A stretch of DNA of 64,000 nucleotides from Eledone cirrhosa (taxonomy: Eukaryota), in assembly GCA_964016885.1 (NCBI GenBank), contig OZ024764.1:28272001-28336000 (forward strand), read 5' to 3'. The translations under genes were made by a program, and so were the position numbers. The notes below the pieces were generated by a model. It was not told the origin of the DNA. It saw only the letters and a program-made list of their open reading frames with translations, and did no database searches. Numbering within the stretch: the stretch's first letter is position 1; the number at the start of each line of letters is the position of its first letter. Below, one piece after another: positions 11,101-24,399 of this stretch.

Positions 11101-14100
11101 CGCCTCCTTTCATCACTTCTAAATGCTGCTTTGTGCAGGTCATCGAAGAGCGTATACATTTTTGTGGGACAGCCCGTTGTCGCCTCTATTCAGCACTCCT
11201 AAATGCTGTTTTATGCAGGTCATACAAGAGCGTATACATTTTTATGGGACAGCCCGCTGTCGCCTTTATTCAGCACTTGCAAATGCTGTTTTGTGCATGT
11301 CATCGAAGAGCGTATACATTTTTATGGGACAGCCCGTTGTCGGCTCTATTCAGTACTCCTAAATGCTGTTTTATGCAGGTCATACAAGAGCGTATACATT
11401 TTTGTGGGACAGCTCGTTGTCGCCTCCTTTCAGCACTTCTAAATGCTGCTTGTGCAGGTCATCGAAGAGCGTATACATTTTTATGGGACAGCCCGTTGTC
11501 GCCTCTATTCAGTACTCCTAAATGCTGTTTTATGCAGGTCATACAAGAGCGTATACATTTTTGTGGGACAGCCCGTTGTCGCCTCCCTACAGCACTTCTA
11601 AGTGCTGCTTTGTGCAGGTCATAGAAGAGCGTATACATTTTTGTGGGACAGCCCGTTGTCGCCTCCCTACACCACTTCTAAGTGGTTTTGTGCAGGTCAT
11701 AGAAGAGCGTATACATTTTTGTGGGACAGCCCGTTGTCGCCACTATTCAGCACTTCTAAATGCTGTTTTGTGCAGGTCATAGAAGAGCGTATACATTTTT
11801 GTGGGACAGCCCGTTGTCGCCTCTATTCAGCACTTCAAAATGCTGCTTTTTGCAGGTCATAGAAGAGCGTATACATTTTTGTGGGACAGCCCGTTGTCGC
11901 CTTTATTCAGCACTTGCAAATGCTGTTTTGTGCATGTCATCGAAGAGCGTATACATTTTTGTGGGACAGCCCGTTGTCGCCTCTATTCAGCACTTCTAAA
12001 TGCTGTTTTGTGCAGGTCATCGAAGAGCGTATACATTTTTATGGGACAGCTCATTGTCGCCTCCTTTCAGCACTTCTAAATGCTGCTTTGTGCAGGTCAT
12101 CGAAGAGCGTATACATTTTTGTGGGACAGCCCGTTGTCGCCTCTATTCAGCACTTCTAAATGCTGCTTTTTGCAGGTCATAGAAGAGCGTATACATTTTT
12201 GTGGGACAGCTCATTGTCGCCTCCTTTCAGCACTTCTAAATGCTGCTTTGTGCAGGTCATCGAAGAGCGTATACATTTTTGTGGGACAGCCCGTTGTCGC
12301 CTCTATTCAGCACTTCTAAATGCTGCTTTTTGCAGGTCATAGAAGAGCGTATACATTTTTATGGGACAGCCCGTTGTTGCCACTATTCAGCACTTCTAAA
12401 TGCTGTTTTGTGCAGGTCATCGAAGAGTGTATACATTTTTGTGGGACAGCCCGTTGTCGCCTCCCTACAGCACTTCTAAGTGCTGCTTTGTGCAGCTCAT
12501 AGAAGAGCGTATACATTTTTGTGGGACAGCCCGTTGTTGCCTCTATTCAGCACTTCTAAATGCTGCTTTGTGCAGGTCATAGAAGAGCGTATACATTTTT
12601 GTGGGACAGCCCGTTGTCGCCACTATTCAGCACTTCTAAATGCTGTTTTGTGCAGGTCATCGAAGAGCGTATACATTTTTATGGGACAGCCCGTTGTCGC
12701 CACTATTCAGCACTTCTAAATGCTGTTTTATGCAGGTCATACAAGAGCGTATACATTTTTGTGGGACAGCTCGTTGTCGCCTCCTTTCATCACTTCTAAA
12801 TGCTGCTTTGTGCAGGTCATCGAAGAGCGTATACATTTTTGTGGGACAGCCCGTTGTCGCCTCTATTCAGCACTCCTAAATGCTGTTTTATGCAGGTCAT
12901 ACAAGAGCGTATACATTTTTATGGGACAGCCCGTTGTCGCCTTTATTCAGCACTTGCAAATGCTGTTTTGTGCATGTCATCGAAGAGCGTATACATTTTT
13001 ATGGGACAGCCCGTTGTCGGCTCTATTCAGTACTCCTAAATGCTGTTTTATGCAGGTCATACAAGAGCGTATACATTTTTGTGGGACAGCTCGTTGTCGC
13101 CTCCTTTCAGCACTTCTAAATGCTGCTTGTGCAGGTCATCGAAGAGCGTATACATTTTTATGGGACAGCCCGTTGTCGCCTCTATTCAGTACTCCTAAAT
13201 GCTGTTTTATGCAGGTCATACAAGAGCGTATACATTTTTGTGGGACAGCCCGTTGTCGCCTCCCTACAGCACTTCTAAGTGCTGCTTTGTGCAGGTCATA
13301 GAAGAGCGTATACATTTTTGTGGGACAGCCCGTTGTCGCCTCCCTACACCACTTCTAAGTGGTTTTGTGCAGGTCATAGAAGAGCGTATACATTTTTGTG
13401 GGACAGCCCGTTGTCGCCACTATTCAGCACTTCTAAATGCTGTTTTGTGCAGGTCATAGAAGAGCGTATACATTTTTGTGGGACAGCCCGTTGTCGCCTC
13501 TATTCAGCACTTCAAAATGCTGCTTTTTGCAGGTCATAGAAGAGCGTATACATTTTTGTGGGACAGCCCGTTGTCGCCTCTATTCAGCACTTCTAAATGC
13601 TGCTTTTTGCAGGTCATAGAAGAGCGTATACATTTTTGTGGGACAGCCAGTTGTCGCCTCCTTACAGCACTTCTAAATGCTGTTTTGGGCAGGTCATAGA
13701 AGAGCGTATACATTTTTGTGGGACAGCCCGTTGTCGCCACTATTCAGCACTTCTAAATGCTGTTTTGTGCAGGTCATCGAAGAGCGTATACATTTTTATG
13801 GGACAGCCCGTTGTTGCCACTATTCAGCACTTCTAAATGCTGTTTTGTGCAGGTCATCGAAGAGCGTATACATTTTTGTGGGACAGCCCGTTGTCGCCTC
13901 CCTACAGCACTTGTAAGTGCTGCTTTGTGCAGGTCATCGAAGAGCGTATACATTTTTATGGGACAGCCTGTTGTCGCCTCTATTCAGCACTTCTAAATGC
14001 TGTTTTATGCAGGTCATACAAGAGCGTATACATTTTTGTGGGACAGCTCATTGTCGCCTCCTTTCAGCACTTCTAAATGCTGCTTTGTGCAGGTCATCGA

Positions 14101-17100
14101 AGAGCGTATACATTTTTGTGGGACAGCCCGTTGTCGCCTCTATTCAGCACTTCTAAATGCTGCTTTTTGCAGGTCATAGAACAGCGTATACATTTTTGTG
14201 GGACAGCGCGTTGTCGCCTCTATTCAGCACTTCAACATGCTGTTTTGTGCAGGTCATCGAAGAGTGTATACATTTTTGTGGGACAGCCCGTTGTCGCCTC
14301 CCTACAGCACTTCTAAGTGCTGCTTTGTGCAGGTCATAGAAGAGCGTATACATTTTTGTGGGACAGCCCGTTGTCGCCTCTATTCAGCACTCCTAAATGC
14401 TGTTTTATGCAGGTCATACAAGAGCGTATACATTTTTGTGGGACAGCTCGTTGTCGCCTCCTTTCATCACTTCTAAATGCTGCTTTGTGCAGGTCATCGA
14501 AGAGCGTATACATTTTTGTGGGACAGCCCGTTGTCGCCTCTATTCAGCACTCCTAAATGCTGTTTTATGCAGGTCATACAAGAGCGTATACATTTTTATG
14601 GGACAGCCCGTTGTCGCCTTTATTCAGCACTTGCAAATGCTGTTTTGTGCATGTCATCGAAGAGCGTATACATTTTTATGGGACAGCCCGTTGTCGGCTC
14701 TATTCAGTACTCCTAAATGCTGTTTTATGCAGGTCATACAAGAGCGTATACATTTTTGTGGGACAGCTCGTTGTCGCCTCCTTTCAGCACTTCTAAATGC
14801 TGCTTGTGCAGGTCATCGAAGAGCGTATACATTTTTATGGGACAGCCCGTTGTCGCCTCTATTCAGTACTCCTAAATGCTGTTTTATGCAGGTCATACAA
14901 GAGCGTATACATTTTTGTGGGACAGCCCGTTGTCGCCTCCCTACAGCACTTCTAAGTGCTGCTTTGTGCAGGTCATAGAAGAGCGTATACATTTTTGTGG
15001 GACAGCCCGTTGTCGCCTCCCTACACCACTTCTAAGTGGTTTTGTGCAGGTCATAGAAGAGCGTATACATTTTTGTGGGACAGCCCGTTGTCGCCACTAT
15101 TCAGCACTTCTAAATGCTGTTTTGTGCAGGTCATAGAAGAGCGTATACATTTTTGTGGGACAGCCCGTTGTCGCCTCTATTCAGCACTTCAAAATGCTGC
15201 TTTTTGCAGGTCATAGAAGAGCGTATACATTTTTGTGGGACAGCCCGTTGTCGCCTCTATTCAGCACTTCTAAATGCTGCTTTTTGCAGGTCATAGAAGA
15301 GCGTATACATTTTTGTGGGACAGCCAGTTGTCGCCTCCTTACAGCACTTCTAAATGCTGTTTTGGGCAGGTCATAGAAGAGCGTATACATTTTTGTGGGA
15401 CAGCCCGTTGTCGCCACTATTCAGCACTTCTAAATGCTGTTTTGTGCAGGTCATCGAAGAGCGTATACATTTTTATGGGACAGCCCGTTGTTGCCACTAT
15501 TCAGCACTTCTAAATGCTGTTTTGTGCAGGTCATCGAAGAGCGTATACATTTTTGTGGGACAGCCCGTTGTCGCCTCCCTACAGCACTTGTAAGTGCTGC
15601 TTTGTGCAGGTCATCGAAGAGCGTATACATTTTTATGGGACAGCCTGTTGTCGCCTCTATTCAGCACTTCTAAATGCTGTTTTATGCAGGTCATACAAGA
15701 GCGTATACATTTTTGTGGGACAGCTCATTGTCGCCTCCTTTCAGCACTTCTAAATGCTGCTTTGTGCAGGTCATCGAAGAGCGTATACATTTTTGTGGGA
15801 CAGCCCGTTGTCGCCTCTATTCAGCACTTCTAAATGCTGCTTTTTGCAGGTCATAGAACAGCGTATACATTTTTGTGGGACAGCGCGTTGTCGCCTCTAT
15901 TCAGCACTTCAACATGCTGTTTTGTGCAGGTCATCGAAGAGTGTATACATTTTTGTGGGACAGCCCGTTGTCGCCTCCCTACAGCACTTCTAAGTGCTGC
16001 TTTGTGCAGGTCATAGAAGAGCGTATACATTTTTGTGGGACAGCCCGTTGTCGCCTCTATTCAGCACTCCTAAATGCTGTTTTATGCAGGTCATACAAGA
16101 GCGTATACATTTTTATGGGACAGCCCGTTGTCGCCTTTATTCAGCACTTGCAAATGCTGTTTTGTGCATGTCATCGAAGAGCGTATACATTTTTGTGGGA
16201 CAGCGCGTTGTCGCCTCTATTCAGCACTTCTAAATGCTGCTTTTTGCAGGTCATACAAGAGCGTATACATTTTTGTGGGACAGCTCATTGTCGCCTCCTT
16301 TCAGCACTTCTAAATGCTGCTTTGTGCAGGTCATCGAAGAGCGTATACATTTTTGTGGGACAGCCCGTTGTCGCCTCTATTCAGCACTTCTAAATGCTGC
16401 TTTTTGCAGGTCATAGAAGAGCGTATACATTTTTGTGGGACAGCCCGTTGTCGCCTCCCTACAGCACTTCTAAGTGCTGCTTTGTGCAGGTCATAGAAGA
16501 GCGTATACATTTTTATGGGACAGCCCGTTGTCGCCACTATTCAGCACTTCTAAATGCTGTTTTGTGCAGGTCATCGAAGAGCGTATACATTTTTATGGGA
16601 CAGCCCGTTGTTGACACTATTCAGCACTTCTAAATGCTGTTTTGTGCAGGTCATCGAAGAGCGTATACATTTTTGTGGGACAGCCCGTTGTCGCCTCCCT
16701 ACAGCACTTCTAAGTGCTGCTTTGTGCAGGTCATCGAAGAGCGTATACATTTTTGTGGGACAGCCCGTTGTCGCTTCCCTACAGCACTTCTAAGTGCTGC
16801 TTTGTGCAGCTCATAGAAGAGCGTATACATTTTTGTGGGACAGCCCGTTGTCGCCTCTATTCAGCACTTCTAAATGCTGCTTTGTGCAGGTCGTAGAAGA
16901 GCATATACATTTTTGTGGGACAGCCCATTGTCGCCTCTATTCAACACTGCTAAATGCTGTTTTGTGCAGGTCATAGAAGAGCGTATACATTTTTGTGGGA
17001 CAGCCCGTTGTCGCCTCTATTCAGCACTCCTAAATGCTGTTTTATGCAGGTCATACAAGAGCGTATACATTTTTATGGGACAGCCCGTTGTCGCCTTTAT

Positions 17101-18765
17101 TCAGCATTTGCAAATGCTGTTTTGTGCATGTCATCGAAGAGCGTATACATTTTTATGGGACAGCCCGTTGTCGGCTCTATTCAGTACTCCTAAATGCTGT
17201 TTTATGCAGGTCATACAAGAGCGTATACATTTTTGTGGGACAGCTCGTTGTCGCCTCCTTTCAGCACTTCTAAATGCTGCTTGTGCAGGTCATCGAAGAG
17301 CGTATACATTTTTATGGGACAGCCCGTTGTCGCCTCTATTCAGTACTCCTAAATGCTGTTTTATGCAGGTCATACAAGAGCGTATACATTTTTGTGGGAC
17401 AGCTCGTTGTCGCCTCCTTTCAGCACTTCTAAATGCTGCTTGTGCAGGTCATCGAAGAGCGTATACATTTTTATGGGACAGCCCGTTGTCGCCTCTATTC
17501 AGTACTCCTAAATGCTGTTTTATGCAGGTCATACAAGAGCGTATACATTTTTGTGGGACAGCCCGTTGTCGCCTCCCTACAGCACTTCTAAGTGCTGCTT
17601 TGTGCAGGTCATAGAAGAGCGTATACATTTTTGTGGGACAGCCCGTTGTCGCCTCTATTCAGCACTTCTAAATGCTGCTTTTTGCAGGTCATAGAAGAGC
17701 GTATACATTTTTGTGGGACAGCCAGTTGTCGCCTCCTTACAGCACTTCTAAATGCTGTTTTGTGCAGGTCATCGAAGAGCGTATACATTTTTGTGGGACA
17801 GCCCTTTGCCGCCTCTATTCAACACTTATAAATGCTGTTTGGGCAGGTCATCGAAGAGCGTATACATTTTTGTGGGACAGCCCGTTGTTGCCTCCCTACA
17901 GCACTTCTAAGTGCTGCTTTGTGCAGGTCATAGAAGAGTGTATACATTTTTGTGGGACAGCCCGTTGTCGCCTCCTTACAGCACTTCTAAATGCTGTTTT
18001 GTGCAGGTCATCGAAGAGCGTATACATTTTTGTGGGACAGCCCTTTGACGCCTCTATTCATCACTTCTAAATGCTGTTTTATGCAGGTCATCGAAGAGCG
18101 TATACATTTTTGTGGGACAGCCCGTTGTCGCCTCCCTACACCACTTCTAAGTGGTTTTGTGCAGGTCATAGAAGAGCGTATACATTTTTGTGGGACAGCC
18201 CGTTGTCGCCACTATTCAGCACTTCTAAATGCTGTTTTGTGCAGGTCATCGAAGAGCGTATACATTTTTATGGGACAGCCTGTTGTCGCCTCTATTCAGT
18301 ACTCCTAAATGCTGTTTTATGCAGGTCATACAAGAGCGTATACATTTTTGTGGGACAGCTCGTTGTCGCCTCCTTTCAGCACTTCTAAATGCTGCTTGTG
18401 CAGGTCATCGAAGAGCGTATACATTTTTATGGGACAGCCCGTTGTCGCCTCTATTCAGTACTCCTAAATGCTGCTTTGTGCAGGTCATAGAAGAGCGTAT
18501 ACATTTTTGTGGGACAGCCCGTTGTCGCCTCTATTCAGCACTTCTACATGCTGTTTTGGGCAGGTCATCGAAGAGTGTATACATTTTTGTGGGACAGCCC
18601 GTTGTCGCCTCTATTCAGCACTTCTAAATGCTGCTTTGTGCAGGTCATCGAAGAGCGTATACATTTTTGTGGGACAGCCCGTTGTCGCCTCTATTCAGCA
18701 CTTCTAAATGCTGCTTTTTGCAGGTCATAGAAGAGCATATACATTTTTGTGGGACAGCCCGTTGT
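7560..18765. repeat. Dispersed duplication with offset 9425 bp: about 7560-9340 matches about 16985-18765
   Basis: Near-identical ORF pairs 7609/17034, 8247/17672, 8566/17991 and 9043/18468, with matching 79/78-bp monomers. Confidence 0.8.
10280..16107. repeat. Higher-order repeat with 1677-bp period (21 monomers, 3 bp short), about 3.5 partly mosaic units
   Basis: ORF series 11043/12720/14397 and 11602/13279/14956. The private variant CACTTCAAAATG occurs at about 11835, 13512 and 15189. ATAGAACAG plus CAGCGCG occurs at about 14180 and 15857. Confidence 0.9.
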
Positions 18766-21700
18766 CGCCTCTATTCAGCACTTCTAAATACTGCTTTGTG
18801 CAGGTCATCGAAGAGCGTATAAATTTTTGTGGGACAGCCCGTTGTCGCCACTATTCAGCACTTCTAAATGCTGTTTTGTGCAGGTCATCGAAGAGCGTAT
18901 ACATTTTCATGGGACAGCCCGTTGTCGTCACTATTCAGCACTTCTAAATGCTGTTTTATGCAGGTCATACAAGAGCGTATACATTTTTGTGGGACAGCTC
19001 GTTGTCGCCTCCTTTCAGCACTTCTAAATGCTGCTTTGTGCAGGTCATCGAAGAGCGTATACATTTTTGTGGGACAGCCCGTTGTCGCCTCTATTCAGCA
19101 CTCCTAAATGCTGTTTTATGCAGGTCATACAAGAGCGTATACATTTTTATGGGACAGCCCGTTGTCGCCTTTATTCAGCACTTGCAAATGCTGTTTTGTG
19201 CATGTCATCGAAGAGCGTATACATTTTTATGGGACAGCCCGTTGTCGGCTCTATTCAGTACTCCTAAATGCTGTTTTATGCAGGTCATACAAGAGCGTAT
19301 ACATTTTTGTGGGACAGCTCGTTGTCGCCTCCTTTCAGCACTTCTAAATGCTGCTTGTGCAGGTCATCGAAGAGCGTATACATTTTTATGGGACAGCCCG
19401 TTGTCGCCTCTATTCAGTACTCCTAAATGCTGTTTTATGCAGGTCATACAAGAGCGTATACATTTTTGTGGGACAGCCCGTTGTCGCCTCCCTACAGCAC
19501 TTCTAAGTGCTGCTTTGTGCAGGTCATAGAAGAGCGTATACATTTTTGTGGGACAGCCCGTTGTCGCCTCTATTCAGCACTTCTAAATGCTGCTTTTTGC
19601 AGGTCATAGAAGAGCGTATACATTTTTGTGGGACAGCCAGTTGTCGCCTCCTTACAGCACTTCTAAATGCTGTTTTGTGCAGGTCATCGAAGAGCGTATA
19701 CATTTTTGTGGGACAGCCCTTTGCCGCCTCTATTCAACACTTATAAATGCTGTTTGGGCAGGTCATAGAAGAGCGTATACATTTTTGTGGGACAGCCCGT
19801 TGTCGCCTCCCTACAGCACTTGTAAGTGCTGCTTTGTGCAGGTCATCGAAGAGCGTATACATTTTTATGGGACAGCCTGTTGTCGCCTCTATTCAGCACT
19901 TCTAAATGCTGTTTTATGCAGGTCATACAAGAGCGTATACATTTTTGTGGGACAGCTCATTGTCGCCTCCTTTCAGCACTTCTAAATGCTGTTTTGTGCA
20001 GGTCATCGAAGAGTGTATACATTTTTGTGGGACAGCCCGTTGTCGCCTCCCTACAGCACTTCTAAGTGCTGCTTTGTGCAGGTCATAGAAGAGCGTATAC
20101 ATTTTTGTGGGACAGCCCGTTGTCGCCTCTATTCAGCACTCCTAAATGCTGTTTTATGCAGGTCATAGAAGAGCGTATACATTTTTGTGGGACAGCCAGT
20201 TGTCGCCTCCTTACAGCACTTCTAAATGCTGTTTTGTGCAGGTCATCGAAGAGCGTATACATTTTTGTGGGACAGTCCGTTGTCGCCTCTATTCAGCACT
20301 TCTACATGCTGTTTTGGGCAGGTCATCGAAGAGTGTATACATTTTTATGGGACAGCCCGTTGTCGCCTTTATTCAGCACTTGCAAATGCTGTTTTGTGCA
20401 TGTCATCGAAGAGCGTATACATTTTTGTGGGACAGCCCGTTGTCGCCTCTATTCAGCACTTCTAAATGCTGCTTTTTGCAGGTCATAGAAGAGCGTATAC
20501 ATTTTTGTGGGACAGCCAGTTGTCGCCTCCTTACAGCACTTCTAAATGCTGTTTTGTGCAGGTCATCGAAGAGCGTATACATTTTTGTGGGACAGTCCGT
20601 TGTCGCCTCTATTCAGCACTTCTACATGTTGTTTTGGGCAGGTCATCGAAGAGTGTATACATTTTTGTGGGACAGCCCGTTGTCGCCTCTATTCAGCACT
20701 TCTAAATGCTGTTTTGTGCAGGTCATCGAAGAGCGTATACATTTTTATGGGACAGCTCATTGTCGCCTCCTTTCAGCACTTCTAAATGCTGCTTTGTGCA
20801 GGTCATCGAAGAGCGTATACATTTTTGTGGGACAGCCCGTTGTCGCCTCTATTCAGCACTTCTAAATGCTGCTTTTTGCAGGTCATAGAAGAGCGTATAC
20901 ATTTTTGTGGGACAGCTCATTGTCGCCTCCTTTCATCACTTCTAAATGCTGCTTTGTGCAGGTCATCGAAGAGCGTATACATTTTTGTGGGACAGCCCGT
21001 TGTCGCCTCTATTCAGCACTTCTAAATGCTGCTTTTTGCAGGTCATAGAAGAGCGTATACATTTTTGTGGGACAGCCCGTTGTCGCCTCCCTACAGCACT
21101 TCTAAGTGCTGCTTTGTGCAGGTCATAGAAGAGCGTATACATTTTTATGGGACAGCCCGTTGTCGCCACTATTCAGCACTTCTAAATGCTGTTTTGTGCA
21201 GGTCATCGAAGAGCGTATACATTTTTATGGGACAGCCCGTTGTTGCCACTATTCAGCACTTCTAAATGCTGTTTTGTGCAGGTCATCGAAGAGCGTATAC
21301 ATTTTTGTGGGACAGCCCGTTGTCGCCTCCCTACAGCACTTCTAAGTGCTGCTTTGTGCAGGTCATCGAAGAGCGTATACATTTTTGTGGGACAGCCCGT
21401 TGTCGCTTCCCTACAGCACTTCTAAGTGCTGCTTTGTGCAGCTCATAGAAGAGCGTATACATTTTTGTGGGACAGCCCGTTGTCGCCTCTATTCAGCACT
21501 TCTAGATGCTGCTTTGTGCAGGTCGTAGAAGAGCATATACATTTTTGTGGGACAGCCCATTGTCGCCTCTATTCAGCACTGCTAAATGCTGTTTTGTGCA
21601 GGTCATAGAAGAGCGTATACATTTTTGTGGGACAGCCCGTTGTCGCCACTATTCAGCACTTCTAAATGCTGTTTTGTGCAGGTCATCGAAGAGCGTATAC

Positions 21701-21829
21701 ATTTTTATGGGACAGCCCGTTGTCGCCACTATTCAGCACTTCTAAATGCTGTTTTATGCAGGTCATACAAGAGCGTATACATTTTTGTGGGACAGCTCGT
21801 TGTCGCCTCCTTTCAGCACTTCTAAATGC

Positions 21830-23548
21830 TGCTTTGTGCAGGTCATCGAAGAGCGTATACATTTTTGTGGGACAGCCCGTTGTCGCCTCTATTCAGCACT
21901 CCTAAATGCTGTTTTATGCAGGTCATACAAGAGCGTATACATTTTTATGGGACAGCCCGTTGTCGCCTTTATTCAGCACTTGCAAATGCTGTTTTGTGCA
22001 TGTCATCGAAGAGCGTATACATTTTTATGGGACAGCCCGTTGTCGGCTCTATTCAGTACTCCTAAATGCTGTTTTATGCAGGTCATACAAGAGCGTATAC
22101 ATTTTTGTGGGACAGCCCGTTGTCGCCTCCCTACAGCACTTCTAAGTGCTGCTTTGTGCAGGTCATAGAAGAGCGTATACATTTTTGTGGGACAGCCCGT
22201 TGTCGCCTCTATTCAGCACTTCTAAATGCTGCTTTTTGCAGGTCATAGAAGAGCGTATACATTTTTGTGGGACAGCCAGTTGTCGCCTCCTTACAACACT
22301 TCTAAATGCTGTTTTGTGCAGGTCATCGAAGAGCGTATACATTTTTGTGGGACAGCCCTTTGCCGCCTCTATTCAACACTTATAAATGCTGTTTGGGCAG
22401 GTCATAGAAGAGCGTATACATTTTTGTGGGACAGCCCGTTGTTGCCTCCCTACAGCACTTCTAAGTGCTGCTTTGTGCAGGTCATAGAAGAGCGTATACA
22501 TTTTTGTGGGACAGCCCGTTGTCGCCACTATTCAGCACTTCTAAATGCTGTTTTGTGCAGGTCATCGAAGAGCGTATACATTTTTATGGGACAGCCCGTT
22601 GTCGGCTCTATTCAGTACTCCTAAATGCTGTTTTATGCAGGTCATACAAGAGCGTATACATTTTTGTGGGACAGCTCGTTGTCGCCTCCTTTCAGCACTT
22701 CTAAATGCTGCTTGTGCAGGTCATCGAAGGGCGTATACATTTTTATGGGACAGCCTGTTGTCGCCTCTATTCATCACTTCTAAATGCTGTTTTATGCAGG
22801 TCATACAAGAGCGTATACATTTTTGTGGGACAGCTCATTGTCGCCTCCTTTCAGCACTTCTAAATGCTGCTTTGTGCAGGTTATCGAAGAGCGTATACAT
22901 TTTTGTGGGACAGCCCGTTGTCGCCTCTATTCAGCACTCCTAAATGCTGTTTTATGCAGGTCATACAAGAGCGTATACATTTTTATGGGACAGCCCGTTG
23001 TCGCCTTTATTCAGCACTTGCAAATGCTGTTTTGTGGATGTCATCGAAGAGCGTATACATTTTTATGGGACAGCCCGTTGTCGGCTCTATTCAGTACTCC
23101 TAAATGCTGTTTTATGCAGGTCATACAAGAGCGTATACATTTTTGTGGGACAGCCCGTTGTCGCCTCCCTACAGCACTTCTAAGTGCTGCTTTGTGCAGG
23201 TCATAGAAGAGCGTATACATTTTTGTGGGACAGCCCGTTGTCGCCTCTATTCAGCACTTCTAAATGCTGCTTTTTGCAGGTCATAGAAGAGCGTATACAT
23301 TTTTGTGGGACAGCCAGTTGTCGCCTCCTTACAGCACTTCTAAATGCTGTTTTGTGCAGGTCATCGAAGAGCGTATACATTTTTGTGGGACAGCCCTTTG
23401 CCGCCTCTATTCAACACTTATAAATGCTGTTTGGGCAGGTCATAGAAGAGCGTATACATTTTTGTGGGACAGCCCGTTGTTGCCTCCCTACAGCACTTCT
23501 AAGTGCTGCTTTGTGCAGGTCATAGAAGAGCGTATACATTTTTGTGGG
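21830..23548. repeat. 13-monomer (1038-bp) offset duplication: about 21830-22510 matches about 22868-23548
   Basis: ORF pairs 21826/22864, 22066/23104 and 22226/23264. Confidence 0.75.
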
Positions 23549-24399
23549 ACAGCCCGTTGTCGCCTCCTTACAGCACTTCTAAATGCTGTTTTGTGCAGGT
23601 CATCGAAGAGCGTATACATTTTTGTGGGACAGCCCTTTGACGCCTCTATTCATCACTTCTAAATGCTGTTTTATGCAGGTCATCGAAGAGCGTATACATT
23701 TTTATGGGACAGCCCGTTGTCGCCTTTATTCAGCACTTGCAAATGCTGTTTTGTGCATGTCATCGAAGAGCGTATACATTTTTGTGGGACAGTCCGTTGT
23801 CGCCTCTATTCAGCACTTCTACATGCTGTTTTGGGCAGGTCATCGAAGAGTGTATACATTTTTGTGGGACAGCCCGTTGTCGCCTCCCTACAGCACTTCT
23901 AAGTGCTGCTTTGTGCAGGTCATAGAAGAGCGTATACATTTTTGTGGGACAGCCCGTTGTCGCTTCTATTCAGCACTCCTAAATGCTGTTTTATGCAGGT
24001 CATACAAGAGCGTATACATTTTTATGGGACAGCCCGTTGTCGCCTTTATTCAGCACTTGCAAATGCTGTTTTGTGCATGTCATCGAAGAGCGTATACATT
24101 TTTGTGGGACAGTCCGTTGTCGCCTCTATTCAGCACTTCTACATGCTGTTTTGGGCAGGTCATCGAAGAGTGTATACATTTTTGTGGGACAGCCCGTTGT
24201 CGCCTCTATTCAGCACTTCTAAATGCTGTTTTGTGCAGGTCATCGAAGAGCGTATACATTTTTATGGGACAGCCTGTTGTCGCCTCTATTCAGCACTTCT
24301 AAATGCTGTTTTGTGCAGGTCATACAAGAGTGTATACATTTTTGTGGGACAGCTCATTGTCGCCTCCTTTCACCACTTCTAAATGCTGCTTTGTGCAGG

